A DNA stretch of 63,641 nucleotides, counting the filler, from Candidatus Omnitrophota bacterium (GTDB lineage: Bacteria; Omnitrophota; Gorgyraeia; Zapsychrales; Zapsychraceae): the NCBI GenBank assembly GCA_015233495.1. It is 3 parts of 3 records of this genome, joined end to end, with 100 filler letters (N's around TTAATTAATTAA, not from the genome) between each part and the next. Parts side by side here need not be neighbours in the genome. Positions count along the whole stretch, not along the records: positions 1 to 23,465 come from JADFXQ010000027.1; 2 more parts are not named here. One strand, 5' to 3'. The notes under the pieces are model-generated. The model saw only the letters and a list, made by a program, of their open reading frames with translations. It did not search any database and was not told where the DNA came from. Positions 8,918 to 18,840 of the stretch are shown piece by piece. Both the position numbers and the translations under genes were made by a program. Position 1 is the stretch's first letter, and every line of letters begins with the position of its first letter.

Positions 8918-9577
8918 TTATTTCAGCTTGGCCCAGGACAATCCGGTTATGTAAATGCCGAACGGATTGAGCGGATTTTTTTCCAGTTCTTCGACCGTCA
9001 TTTTTTTGTTTTGCGTAATGCTGATCAAGGCTTTCCAGCGTTCCTCTTTGATTATCTTGCTTTCCTGGTCGCGCGTGGTTTCCTGCCATTCCAGGATGTA
9101 CGCGTTGTTGTTTTGATTCAACAAAGACAGCGGCTCCACCTGCACTGTGCCATCTTTGACTTTGACAAACGGATTGTTGGTCTTGTAATATTCATCCAAA
9201 AAATTCCGCCGTACCGCGCCGTCGGTTTCCGCGTACAATTCTTCAAAATTCTTCCGCATCACCTCGCCGTCGGAAATCACACTGCGCGCCTTATCTATAT
9301 AACTGTACAAAAACGCGCGAATGATTTTTTCGTCCCGGATATCCTGCGGCGGCAGTTGGGTCGTATAATTGGCCCGACCCAATTCATCCACTTCCACAAT
9401 ATAGGGAATGATCTGTTGTCGGGTGTTGAGATAAACCACCGCCGCTGTCAACGCCATATTCACCAGCAAGGCCAAGACCGTGGCCGCCTGCCAATGCTGT
9501 TGGCCGCGCCGGGCGCGGGCAAATTGATCATTCCATTGCCGTTCCACGGCTTTGTATTGTTCCGGGTTCAAGTTCAT
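8918..9577 (-). CDS. trbF: TrbF (VirB8-like) inner-membrane protein
   Basis: Start MNLNPEQ overlapping the trbL stop; W...W-TM-IIPYIVEVDELG...W.E...NPLNPFGIYITGLSW. Confidence 0.9.
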   Translation of the reverse strand: MNLNPEQYKAVERQWNDQFARARRGQQHWQAATVLALLVNMALTAAVVYLNTRQQIIPYIVEVDELGRANYTTQLPPQDIRDEKIIRAFLYSYIDKARSVISDGEVMRKNFEELYAETDGAVRRNFLDEYYKTNNPFVKVKDGTVQVEPLSLLNQNNNAYILEWQETTRDQESKIIKEERWKALISITQNKKMTVEELEKNPLNPFGIYITGLSWAKLK

Positions 9578-10380
9578 GACAAACTCCCTTCGCCGACAAA
9601 CAACCGGGCCGCCAACTCCGGCAAACGCACGGTCAAATAATAAAGGATCAACGTGCCGGCAGAGAGCGTCAAACACAAAGCGGTCCAATCGTAAAACGCG
9701 GTTACTTTGATCAGGTTTTGCCAGCCGCGCGTCAACGGTTCGCCCACTCCGATCATCAGAATCAAAAACATCAGGCGGATTCCCAGATAAACCATGCCCT
9801 GAATATATCGCATTGCGAACCGCGCGGTCCACGGACTTGCCGCAAACCCCAGCACAATCGCGCCCCCGGCCAACAGCATTTTTCCGCCGATGAGCAGGAA
9901 AATCACCTCGATCCCGATCCGCGCGAACACAAAAAATATCGCGAGCCCGACGATCAAACAAAATATTCCGGCGCTGATATTTTCCACGCGCAGGGCGTGG
10001 CCGATATTCATGCCTTTGGCAATGATCAACGACGACAGGCTGATCCCCTGGCCGATGATCCGGCCGGGTTGAAAACTGTTCAACCCGGACATCTGAGCGC
10101 CGGCCCGGGCAAAACTGTTATAAATCGGCGGCACCCAATATTCATAATTGATCAACAACCCCCACATCAACGTCAGGAACAGAATTTTTTTCACGACATC
10201 CACCAGCCAATCCGCGGAAGCGCCGCGGCGGAGCATCCACAAAAATCCGCACCAGACAATCTGGATCAAGGCCAGAATGCTGTATAAATGCCGGCCATAA
10301 TTCAATCCCTGCCCCGTCCAAGTAAACGCGACATCATTATAAGACTTCAAAATCGTATTTATGGTTTGCGCCGGATCCAC
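9574..10380 (-). CDS. trbL: TrbL/VirB6 polytopic membrane protein (short form)
   Basis: Multi-TM protein between trbJ and trbF; PGRIIGQG and LGFAASPWTARFAMRY motifs. Confidence 0.8.
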   Translation of the reverse strand: MDPAQTINTILKSYNDVAFTWTGQGLNYGRHLYSILALIQIVWCGFLWMLRRGASADWLVDVVKKILFLTLMWGLLINYEYWVPPIYNSFARAGAQMSGLNSFQPGRIIGQGISLSSLIIAKGMNIGHALRVENISAGIFCLIVGLAIFFVFARIGIEVIFLLIGGKMLLAGGAIVLGFAASPWTARFAMRYIQGMVYLGIRLMFLILMIGVGEPLTRGWQNLIKVTAFYDWTALCLTLSAGTLILYYLTVRLPELAARLFVGEGSLS

Positions 10381-10394
10381 AATGCCCTCATTTT

Positions 10395-11135
10395 TTATCG
10401 GCTTTTATACTCCCAGGGATAATCGTCGTACACCCCGTTCATCGGCACGGCGCTGAATACATCGGCCGTAAGCTTTTTGACTTCTACCTCGCGGGTGGCC
10501 TCTTTGCTCACCTCGGCCGCCATAAACGCGACCTGGGCCTGCAATTGGGACGCCAACAATTGCCGCACCAACTGCGTCTGATAAACCAATTGGGCCAGGA
10601 TCGCGTTGCCGGCCTGCAAAGCCTGGGTCTGGCCGGCCGCGTTGTTGGATTTGCCGACTAATTTCCCCAGAGCCTGGCTTTCGGGTCCAAATTGTTGCGT
10701 CTGCAGCTGGGCTGCATTGAGAGCGCCGCGCATCGAGTTCAACGCGGCGTTATTGATTGCCTTATATTCCTTTTGGGCATTTTCTTTCACGTCGTACCCG
10801 CGGAATTGATTTTTAAACCGGTCATCTACATTCGTCAATGCGTAAGATACGCTATCCTGCGCCGCAGCCGCCTGATTCAACGAATCGAGCAGATTTTTGG
10901 TTGAAGTCCAATCAACCGCGCCCGAAGCGACACTCCGGTCAAGGTCTTGGCGCAGCAGTTCCGTTTTTTGCGAAATAACCGCCAATTGGCGGATTAAAGC
11001 GGATAGTTTCGCGCCGTTCATCATCTGAGTCGGCTCGGTCGCCACCGCGATTTGCGCCCAAGCCAAACTGCTGTTGGCAAGCGCCGCACCCGCAACGACA
11101 AAAACCTTCACGACAATTGTGCGTAATTTTTCCAT
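10395..11135 (-). CDS. trbJ: TrbJ/VirB5-like protein
   Basis: Signal peptide, VATEPTQMMN, Gln-rich helices, AAGQTQALQAGN motif. Confidence 0.85.
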   Translation of the reverse strand: MEKLRTIVVKVFVVAGAALANSSLAWAQIAVATEPTQMMNGAKLSALIRQLAVISQKTELLRQDLDRSVASGAVDWTSTKNLLDSLNQAAAAQDSVSYALTNVDDRFKNQFRGYDVKENAQKEYKAINNAALNSMRGALNAAQLQTQQFGPESQALGKLVGKSNNAAGQTQALQAGNAILAQLVYQTQLVRQLLASQLQAQVAFMAAEVSKEATREVEVKKLTADVFSAVPMNGVYDDYPWEYKSR

Positions 11136-13519
11136 TCCTCCGCCTCCTGATTGAGCCCCCGCCGCTTCAGCCAAAAATACGTCCAGGCCTTTCCCTGTTC
11201 CTGCTCCAATTCATTTACGTCCTTTAACAGATCTTTCGCGCTGAACATAAAACTCAATTCCACCGGGCCCAGACCCAGCTCAAACAACCTTGTCCCCAAC
11301 GGTGAAGTGTGATAATAATGTTTTTTCGGCACCGCATAGGTAATCACCTTAATTTGCTCTTCCGTCAGTCCGAAACTCAAATAGATTTCCTTAATATTCG
11401 GCGTAGCCGCGATCGGGTTGGGCAAAAAAATTTTCGTCGGACAAGATTCATCGAGCACGTGTTTAATGGGCGAATGGATCACGTCCGCCAAACTGTTGGT
11501 CGAAAACACCACGCTCGCATTCGCCTTGCGCAGCACGCGCAGCCATTCCTCGATTTTATGGCTGAACTCTTTATGCTTGAGCAGCAGCCACGCCTCGTCG
11601 AGAATAATCAAAGTCGGTCGGCCGGTCAGCCGCTGTTCGATTTTATGGAACAAATAGGTTAAAACCGGCACAGTATAACGCTCATCTTTGTTCAACAAAT
11701 GCTCCATTTCAAATACCTGGAAATCACTGACCGACAACCCGTCTTGCGCCGCGTCTAACAAACCGCTCATCACTCCGTGCGTGATATCGACAAATGGCTG
11801 TAAAGCTTCTTTGATCATCTTATTTTGCACGGTCGTGTAAAAATTGGACAAAGTTTTCACCGCGGTGGCGCTTAAGGCATCGAGACCTTCGTGAATATCA
11901 TTGCGGATTTTAGGATTTATTCCCACGCCTTGCAGCCATAACAAAATTTCAATCCAATCACCGGCCCAAAGTTTTTCCTGATCATCCTGAATGCCGGCCA
12001 AAGGACAAAACGCCAAACCTTCTCCGCCGCTTAAAATATTGTGATGTTCTCCGCCGCTGGCCCGGACCAAAGCGTTTTGGCTATTGCCTTTGTCAAAAAT
12101 AAAAACCTGGGAGTTCGCGTAACGAAAAAATGATGCCGCTATTAAAGCCAATAATGTGGATTTCCCGCTGCCGGTCGGCCCTAAAACCATCGCATGCCCG
12201 ACGTCGCTGACGTGCAGGTTAAAGCGGTAAGGCGTGGCGCCCACGGTTTTACCGTAAAACAAAGGCGGCGCTTCCTTAGGAAAAAACGGACAAGGATTAT
12301 GATTTAACCCCGGCCACACGGACGTCAACGGAACAATATGCGCCAAGTTCATCGTGCTAATCAAAGGCTGGCGCACATTAACATCTTGATGCCCGGGCAA
12401 ACTTCCCAGATAAGCCTCTACCGCGTTCCCTTTTTCCACTCTCGCCGGAAAACCGTGGCTGTCCAAAGTTTTCCGGATGATCTGAGCCCGATCCGCGAGT
12501 TGATCTATGTCCGGGTCAAACAGAATAACCACGCCGGTATAATATCCGTACTTGATCGTGCCTTCCCGCGCCTCATTCAAGGCGGAATCCGCGTCTTTGG
12601 CTTTGGCCAAAGCCTCGCCATCCTTATACTGGGCAATTTGCGTCGAAGAAGAAGTAATTTCCGACAAAGCGCTGGTCAAATCCATTTGCTGATTATGATA
12701 ACCGCGCCGAATTTTTTTTAAAACCGCGACGCTTTCATTATGATCTAAAATGATAAACCGATGGCTGAACCGGTATTCAAACGGCAAATCATTCAATGAC
12801 CGCAAAATTCCGCTCACCGATTCGAAAGGAAAACCGACAATCCCCACCGCGGCGACAAATAAGTTATCTACTCGCGGGGTAAAACCCGCGGTAAAATCAT
12901 ATCCGCCAAAGTAATAATGCAGATGTGCCGGCGGAGAAAGCAAAGGCCGCCGCAGGCGCGCGCCGGTCACGCAAAATCCGAAAAAATCCATCATCTCCTG
13001 GCTCGACATCCTGCGGATCGTCAACCGCTCGGCTAAACCCGCAGCCGTTGCTTGAATTTCCTTCTCAAACCGGGTTAAGCGGTCGCGTAAATCGCTCGTA
13101 GCGTCGCCACGCTTTTCCTCGCCGAACACTCCCCGAAAATTCCGGTTATCTGTCAGCGTTGGACGATAAGTCAAAGTGAGGCAAAACTCGTTTTCATAAT
13201 GCGCCCCTTCCTTTTCATACATATTTCGGCGCCGGTCTTCAATCAAGCGCAACAACGGCGATTGAAAATCTTGTTGTCGCGGGTATGCCTTGGCCGGGAC
13301 CCGCATCGCATCAACATTGATCGTCCATCCCGTGCTTAAGCGGGTCAAAACCCCATTCACGTAAGCGGCCAAACCTTGCTTCTCCTCGTCGCAAGCGCAG
13401 TCCATGTCGGGCCCGGAATAAAAAAAAGCGGCGCTGAAACTGGCATCTTTGTTCAGCATGACGCCCTCCCGAATAAAACCGAAATAATTGATCAAACTGG
13501 GAAAACCCGGACGCATCAT
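11108..13519 (-). CDS. trbE: TrbE/VirB4 ATPase
   Basis: GVMLNKDASF, YLGSLPGH, DVGHAMVLGPTGSGKS, FIFDKG, LDEAW, WLRVLRKAN, ESCPTKIFLPN. Confidence 0.97.
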   Translation of the reverse strand: MMRPGFPSLINYFGFIREGVMLNKDASFSAAFFYSGPDMDCACDEEKQGLAAYVNGVLTRLSTGWTINVDAMRVPAKAYPRQQDFQSPLLRLIEDRRRNMYEKEGAHYENEFCLTLTYRPTLTDNRNFRGVFGEEKRGDATSDLRDRLTRFEKEIQATAAGLAERLTIRRMSSQEMMDFFGFCVTGARLRRPLLSPPAHLHYYFGGYDFTAGFTPRVDNLFVAAVGIVGFPFESVSGILRSLNDLPFEYRFSHRFIILDHNESVAVLKKIRRGYHNQQMDLTSALSEITSSSTQIAQYKDGEALAKAKDADSALNEAREGTIKYGYYTGVVILFDPDIDQLADRAQIIRKTLDSHGFPARVEKGNAVEAYLGSLPGHQDVNVRQPLISTMNLAHIVPLTSVWPGLNHNPCPFFPKEAPPLFYGKTVGATPYRFNLHVSDVGHAMVLGPTGSGKSTLLALIAASFFRYANSQVFIFDKGNSQNALVRASGGEHHNILSGGEGLAFCPLAGIQDDQEKLWAGDWIEILLWLQGVGINPKIRNDIHEGLDALSATAVKTLSNFYTTVQNKMIKEALQPFVDITHGVMSGLLDAAQDGLSVSDFQVFEMEHLLNKDERYTVPVLTYLFHKIEQRLTGRPTLIILDEAWLLLKHKEFSHKIEEWLRVLRKANASVVFSTNSLADVIHSPIKHVLDESCPTKIFLPNPIAATPNIKEIYLSFGLTEEQIKVITYAVPKKHYYHTSPLGTRLFELGLGPVELSFMFSAKDLLKDVNELEQEQGKAWTYFWLKRRGLNQEAEEWKNYAQLS

Positions 13520-13776
13520 CGCTCCCCCGCCGGATAAAACGCCTGATATTTGATGTGGCGCAAATATATTTTCAACCAATACTCCTCTTTTTTATTCAAG
13601 GCCCGGCCAGCCGCAGTGCCGGCTATCCAAATAACGATAGCCAAGCAAAGAGAGATCAAATCCTTACCCGCGACCCAAAGCATCAGGCATAAAAAAATCA
13701 GCGCGATCGCCAGCTCCCGCTCCACGCCGGCTATAAATAAAGGTTTGACTAAAGATTGATGAATGCTGATTTTCAT
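13516..13776 (-). CDS. trbD: TrbD/VirB3 protein
   Basis: IHQSLVKPLFIAGVERELAI, two TMs, YLRHIKYQAFYPA. Confidence 0.9.
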   Translation of the reverse strand: MKISIHQSLVKPLFIAGVERELAIALIFLCLMLWVAGKDLISLCLAIVIWIAGTAAGRALNKKEEYWLKIYLRHIKYQAFYPAGER

Positions 13777-13819
13777 TTTAGCCCTACGCGCCAATTCAAA
13801 ATTTAAAGAACCGCATTTT

Positions 13820-14128
13820 TTAATGCGGTCTGATCTGCAGCGCGTCCATTAAATTCACCGCGAACACGCACAGGGACAACCCGATCACGATCGATAAAAG
13901 GGTTTTCGCCGCAGTCGACGTGTCGGAAGACATAAATTTATACCCGCACACCGCGAGCGCGATTAAAGCGACCGCGGAAGCAGTCGGCCCTTTCAAACTA
14001 TTCGCGATGCCGTTTAACGGACTTTCCCAAGGCAGCGCGGCTTGCTGGCCGAAAGCCTTTTGCGCAAACGACATCACAACCAGAAACAACGGATACGCGA
14101 AACGAATTTTCTTTTGCATAGTTTTCAT
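13820..14128 (-). CDS. trbC: TrbC/VirB2 pilin
   Basis: Signal peptide, LPWESPLNGIANSLKGPTA, two hydrophobic helices. Confidence 0.9.
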   Translation of the reverse strand: MKTMQKKIRFAYPLFLVVMSFAQKAFGQQAALPWESPLNGIANSLKGPTASAVALIALAVCGYKFMSSDTSTAAKTLLSIVIGLSLCVFAVNLMDALQIRPH

Positions 14129-14134
14129 TCCTTT

Positions 14135-15067
14135 TTAATATTTAATAATCCAATTCATAATCAGACACGGATTCATAACATCCAATTGCTTGATGCTGCT
14201 GTTAATTACTGGCCGGCCATTCACATCTTGAGCCATTGCCGCGTCGTCGGGAATCCAGCGCCCGCCGTATCCGTCTTGCTTCCCCGCGTTCCAGGACACA
14301 GATACGTTCGAAGCCGCCAGATTATGGCTATGATCTACATCGACTATTTGCTTGCCGTACGGCTTTCCCAGGGTCGTTCCCCACTTGTTGGATAAAACAC
14401 CGGCCGCAGGACCTCCCATATCATCTTTGCCGACAATTGTCCGGCCGCGCAGGTCTGGCAAACGAAACGTATCCACGCCGTTTCCCGCGCCAAACGCCGT
14501 ATTAATCACCGCGAATAACGCGGCATAAGTTGTCCGCGACACCTCTTGTCCGGCGCAGAGCAGCCAACCCGCGGGCGGCGCGGCGTTAGAAGGCCATGGA
14601 CTGATCAACCCTGTCTCGGCCGTAGTCGATCCCGGCGCGGAAACATAACTCTCGACTGCCGCCCAACCATTGAGCGTCGCGGACGTATGCGAACCCGGCA
14701 ACGCATCCGCCGCCATTTGGGCGACCGCAGGGATCGTTTCCGTCCAGACCTTAAATTGACTGCCTTTTATTTCCATGAAAAAGGGTTTCTGCGAACAGCG
14801 GTTTTTCAACTCCCACGCTGGGTTCAAATATCCCTGAGTCTGCAAGGTGGGAAGGTCTCCCGGCCAAGCGTTATTTTTAACGTAATAAAGCCGCGCCGCC
14901 TCCTGAATGACATTGATGTCCAAGGCCAAAGTCCGGGCGTGTTTTTCATATAGGGAGTGAATCGCGGAATCCGCTAAAGTAGTAAACATAACCGCGGCGA
15001 TCCCGATGACCAAGGCCAATTCAAATAAGGAATATCCCTCATTCTTTGTAAAGATATTTTTTATCAT
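14135..15067 (-). CDS. Minor pilin fused to a phage tail-collar domain (PilV-like tip adhesin candidate)
   Basis: Prepilin site NEG|YSLFEL; C-terminal GLISPW...PPAGWLLCAGQEVSRTTYAALFAVI...FGAGNGVDTFRLPDLRGR and terminal NPCLIMNWIIKY. Confidence 0.85.
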   Translation of the reverse strand: MIKNIFTKNEGYSLFELALVIGIAAVMFTTLADSAIHSLYEKHARTLALDINVIQEAARLYYVKNNAWPGDLPTLQTQGYLNPAWELKNRCSQKPFFMEIKGSQFKVWTETIPAVAQMAADALPGSHTSATLNGWAAVESYVSAPGSTTAETGLISPWPSNAAPPAGWLLCAGQEVSRTTYAALFAVINTAFGAGNGVDTFRLPDLRGRTIVGKDDMGGPAAGVLSNKWGTTLGKPYGKQIVDVDHSHNLAASNVSVSWNAGKQDGYGGRWIPDDAAMAQDVNGRPVINSSIKQLDVMNPCLIMNWIIKY

Positions 15068-15494
15068 AAAAAAGTCGGCTGGCAACGCCGTTTCCCGCCG
15101 GACTCGAAAAAGTCACCCGGTCATACGCCCCTTCATTTTTAATCACTGCTTGCGGTCCCGCCAAACTTTGGGAAATCGCGCCTTTTGGTATCAATGTGGA
15201 AACATCCACCCGATTGCTATTTTTGCTAATCATGTATTCCTGGCCAAAAGGATTCACAAAATGGATCCCGTTCAAATAATCTCCGCTCAATTGCGCCACA
15301 TTGTCCGGCCAAACCTGGTTGCGTGAATAATAATGTTGACTGGCATTGCAAACCGCTGCTAAAGAATTGAGCGCCGCTTCCACCTGAGCCCGGCCATAAA
15401 ATTTATGGCCGCAAAGACAAGCGGCAGCCAACAGACAGCTGATCACCGCCAGCCCCAACGTCATCTCCCCCAGACTGAAACCTGCGCTTTTCAT
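15039..15494 (-). CDS. Minor type IV pilin/pseudopilin
   Basis: SAG|FSLGEM class III signal, hydrophobic helix, WP and NPFG motifs. Confidence 0.8.
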   Translation of the reverse strand: MKSAGFSLGEMTLGLAVISCLLAAACLCGHKFYGRAQVEAALNSLAAVCNASQHYYSRNQVWPDNVAQLSGDYLNGIHFVNPFGQEYMISKNSNRVDVSTLIPKGAISQSLAGPQAVIKNEGAYDRVTFSSPAGNGVASRLFYDKKYLYKE

Positions 15495-15514
15495 GCTTAT
15501 TCCTTACTGCAGTC

Positions 15515-15973
15515 TCAATATGTCACCGTATAGGTCTTCGAGCCGGCATCATACTTACCCCCGATTTTCTTCTCTAACTGCGGACCGGGAGTAGCTTCCA
15601 CTTTGGTTAATTTGATGTCAAATTTCGTGATATCGGTGTTCGGAAGGATCAAATAATCTCCGCCCCAAGGATTTGCCCCTAAAGCAGAAAAACCGGACGG
15701 CAAAAGTCCGTTGTCCTTAAGCGCTTGAACCGTCAAATCAGTGTAGGTTGTCTGGGTCCCCCCGGCCGGCGACACGGTTCCTAAAAAGGCTTGCGACGCG
15801 GTTTTTAATGTGGAAATACTCTCCAGCGCGGTAGTGATCCGCGATTGATTGAACAGCCCGCTTCCCCCTGCCGTCACCACCAGCAGCAGAATCGCCATAA
15901 TACCGACGGTAATCGCCAGCTCCGCCAACGAAAACCCCTGATTATTCATTATTCTTCGATTCACCTGTCCCAT
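15515..15973 (-). CDS. Probable major pilin (PilS-like)
   Basis: NQG|FSLAEL class III signal; GLLPSGF...NPWGG; strong AGGAGAGG RBS. Confidence 0.8.
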   Translation of the reverse strand: MGQVNRRIMNNQGFSLAELAITVGIMAILLLVVTAGGSGLFNQSRITTALESISTLKTASQAFLGTVSPAGGTQTTYTDLTVQALKDNGLLPSGFSALGANPWGGDYLILPNTDITKFDIKLTKVEATPGPQLEKKIGGKYDAGSKTYTVTY

Positions 15974-16039
15974 TTCCCTCCTCCTTTTGATTGATTGACT
16001 CCATTTGCTTCACCTTTCTCCTCTCACCTCTCTTTTCTC

Positions 16040-17236
16040 TCATCCTCCCCCTGCCATAGCGCTCAAGCTCCCATAGACCGGCCCTAAAAAACTCACTGCC
16101 ACCAAACCCAAAAACCCCGCGGCCAAAAAAATCAAGGCGGGATTTAAAAGACTGACCAAGGTATCCGTCAACCGATTGGCTTTATCCCCCAAGATCAACG
16201 CTGTTTTTTCCAAATGTTCCGCGTAATTCCCGCTCTGCTCGCCTTTTTTAATATTAAAGACCGCCACCGCCGGAAAAAATGCGGTTTTTTCCATAGCCTG
16301 GGAAAAATCCAGGCCGCCCAAAATATAGTCATGGCAGAGCCGAAATTGCCGGGCAACATAACGATGCTCGGTCTTTTGCACAATATTCTGCAAAGCATGG
16401 AGAATAGTCACGCCCGAACGCTGCAACAAAGACAGATTTAGAAAAAAAAGCGACAGCAAAGCATATTTGCTGATCCGGCCCAACAAAGGCACGGCAAAAC
16501 AAAATTCCGCGATTTTATAATTCTGACTTTGTTTAAAATATTGCCATATCCCAAAACCCAGCAGCGGCAAAAATAACAAACAAAATCCATACTGCCGCAT
16601 CCCCCGGCTTAACCCCAACACCAACCGGGTCGCCGGATTTTCCCAAGCGCCGGGAGGCAGCATACCGGAAAGCTGGGGAATCACTTTCCCGCAGATGAAT
16701 AACATCAAACCCAAAATCACAATCAACACTCCGACCGGATAAACCAGCGCTTGCGCCACCCGCTCCCTGACCTCCAACCGGCGTCGAAAATGCTTTGCCA
16801 ATTCGCGCGTGACCTCGGCCAGCACCCCGGCTTTCTCTCCGGCCGACGCCGCGCTGATGACAATCCAGGGAAACGCCCCGGTCTGTTCAAAAGCCTCGGT
16901 TAAAGATTTGCCAGACGCGATAGCGCTTTGCATCTGGTCAATTACCTCGCTGACCAAACGGTTGGCGGCGGTTTCCTTGACCATAAAAAAAATTTGGCGC
17001 AAAGGAATCCCCGCCTTGAACATTTCCTGCAAATCTTCAAAAAACATGACCAATGTTTTATCGTCGAGTTTCCGCTGAATAAAAAATTCGTTCCGGATCC
17101 CCGCCCAATCCCAGTTTAAATCTATGACTAAAAGCCCTTTATCGCGCAATTGTTGCGCGGCCGCGTCCCGCGTACCGGATATCGCGCCGCAAACCTCTTT
17201 GCCGTTTTTCGTTAAACAACGAAATGTCCACTTCAT
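16040..17236 (-). CDS. PilC/GspF-family inner-membrane platform protein
   Basis: AGIPL, GKSLTEAF, AGEKAGVL, ALVYP, GEQSG, LLNPALI; two T2SSF repeats. Confidence 0.92.
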   Translation of the reverse strand: MKWTFRCLTKNGKEVCGAISGTRDAAAQQLRDKGLLVIDLNWDWAGIRNEFFIQRKLDDKTLVMFFEDLQEMFKAGIPLRQIFFMVKETAANRLVSEVIDQMQSAIASGKSLTEAFEQTGAFPWIVISAASAGEKAGVLAEVTRELAKHFRRRLEVRERVAQALVYPVGVLIVILGLMLFICGKVIPQLSGMLPPGAWENPATRLVLGLSRGMRQYGFCLLFLPLLGFGIWQYFKQSQNYKIAEFCFAVPLLGRISKYALLSLFFLNLSLLQRSGVTILHALQNIVQKTEHRYVARQFRLCHDYILGGLDFSQAMEKTAFFPAVAVFNIKKGEQSGNYAEHLEKTALILGDKANRLTDTLVSLLNPALIFLAAGFLGLVAVSFLGPVYGSLSAMAGGG

Positions 17237-18840
17237 CCCAAGACCCTCACCGCTTCCTGATAATCCGTTTGTCCTTCCCGGATCAGCCGTAAAATATCGT
17301 CTTTAAAAGTAACATATCGGGAATTGCCGCGCAGTGATTCGAAAATTGCGGCTATGTCGCCGCGGTTGAGCAGCATCTTCAGCCGCTCATCCAAGACCAG
17401 CACTTCGGCAATCAACCTCCGTCCTTGATATCCGCTGACGCAATTGCCGCATCCCCGGCTGACCCGGATCCGCTCAACGTCCGACGGAATATAGGCCCGC
17501 GCGAAATCCTCGCAATCTAGCTGGGACACCCGGACATCTTCCGCGCAACGCGGACACAGCGTGCGCACCAAGCGCTGCGCGATCACACATTCCAAAGAAT
17601 TTGCCAAATATGAAGTCGCCACGCCCAAATCCTGCAAACGTATCAAGGCGTCAAACGGGGTAATCGTATGCAGAGTAGAATAGACTTTATGCCCGGTGAT
17701 TGCCGCTTTCATGGCCTGGTTGGCCGTTTCCGGGTCGCGGATCTCGCCGATAAGGATGATCTCCGGATTAGAACGCAAAATGGAACGCGCGGCATTGTGA
17801 TAATCCACACCCTGCTTTTTGTTGATCTGCACTTGCGTGACCAACGGCATCACATATTCCACCGGATCTTCCACAGTGATGATTTTCTTCGCCAGCGATT
17901 TGGTATCGTGCAGAATCGCGTAAAGGGTCGTGGTCTTGCCGCATCCGGTAGGCCCGGTCAGCAAAATAATGCCGTCCGGACGGCGCAAAGATTGTTGGAT
18001 TTTCTTAAGCTGTTCCGGATGCCATCCTAGATCCGCAAGCGTGAAATCAAATTTTGCCTTGTCTAACAAACGCAAGACAATCGACGACCCATAAATGGTC
18101 GGAATATGCGACACCCGCACATCAATATCCCGTCCCAAATACGCGTGGCTGAACCTTCCGTCATGAAATTTATTAAAAGCCGACGTGTCGATTTCCGCTT
18201 TGGAAAAAATGATGTTCGCGATCCGCGGGCCGTACGCCTTATCCAAAGACAGCTCAAACACCAAAACTCCGTCCAAACGAAAGCGAAACTGGATCACTTC
18301 TTCCGTAGGCTCAATATGAATGTCCGAAGCTTTTTTTTGAATGGCCCGATTTAACAGCTTGCGCAGTAATTCCGCGCCGTCATCCCGCTCCGGCGCTGTA
18401 AAAGGCGCGGTTAAGGGAGACTCCAGCCGCTCCAAAGCGGCAATAATTTTTTGCCCTTCTCCAACGCAAAAATCCGCTGCCCGGCATTTGACCTTCAAAA
18501 CATCCGTCGCTTCCACATCGTCAATAAATGCCAGAACGAACCGGGTGCGGCCCTGGTGCCGCGCCGGAAAAATTTTTTTTCGCTTCAAAAAATCCAAACC
18601 CGCGGTTTCCACCGCGGCCAAATCCGGGATATATTCCCCGGTAAAAAAAGGAAAACCGACTTGCTGCGCCAATTCCCGGGCAATGTCGCGCTCGGTCGCG
18701 AATCCCTGAGCGGAGACAATCTCGCCAAATCGTTTATTTTTAATCTGTCGGGAAAGATCTACGCAAAAGGAATGTTCTTCCGCGGTGATCACCCCGCTAT
18801 TTTTTAAAATTTCGCCGATCCGCGCCTTGGTATTGATCAT
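17233..18840 (-). CDS. PilB/GspE-family assembly ATPase with an N-terminal MshEN-like domain
   Basis: RIGEIL...RFGEIV; ASDIHIEP; GPTGCGKTTT; TVEDPVE; GEIRD; TGH..STLH; CPRC/CGNC Zn motif. Confidence 0.95.
   Translation of the reverse strand: MINTKARIGEILKNSGVITAEEHSFCVDLSRQIKNKRFGEIVSAQGFATERDIARELAQQVGFPFFTGEYIPDLAAVETAGLDFLKRKKIFPARHQGRTRFVLAFIDDVEATDVLKVKCRAADFCVGEGQKIIAALERLESPLTAPFTAPERDDGAELLRKLLNRAIQKKASDIHIEPTEEVIQFRFRLDGVLVFELSLDKAYGPRIANIIFSKAEIDTSAFNKFHDGRFSHAYLGRDIDVRVSHIPTIYGSSIVLRLLDKAKFDFTLADLGWHPEQLKKIQQSLRRPDGIILLTGPTGCGKTTTLYAILHDTKSLAKKIITVEDPVEYVMPLVTQVQINKKQGVDYHNAARSILRSNPEIILIGEIRDPETANQAMKAAITGHKVYSTLHTITPFDALIRLQDLGVATSYLANSLECVIAQRLVRTLCPRCAEDVRVSQLDCEDFARAYIPSDVERIRVSRGCGNCVSGYQGRRLIAEVLVLDERLKMLLNRGDIAAIFESLRGNSRYVTFKDDILRLIREGQTDYQEAVRVLG

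Noticed and set aside
14135..14620. Prophage remnant suggested by the tail-collar domain
   Set aside because: The domain is fused in frame to a pilin within a tight operon, and no other phage structural genes are present.
14135..15067. Shufflon acting on the PilV-like gene
   Set aside because: No Rci-like recombinase, alternative C-terminal cassettes or sfx-like repeats; trbC follows immediately.
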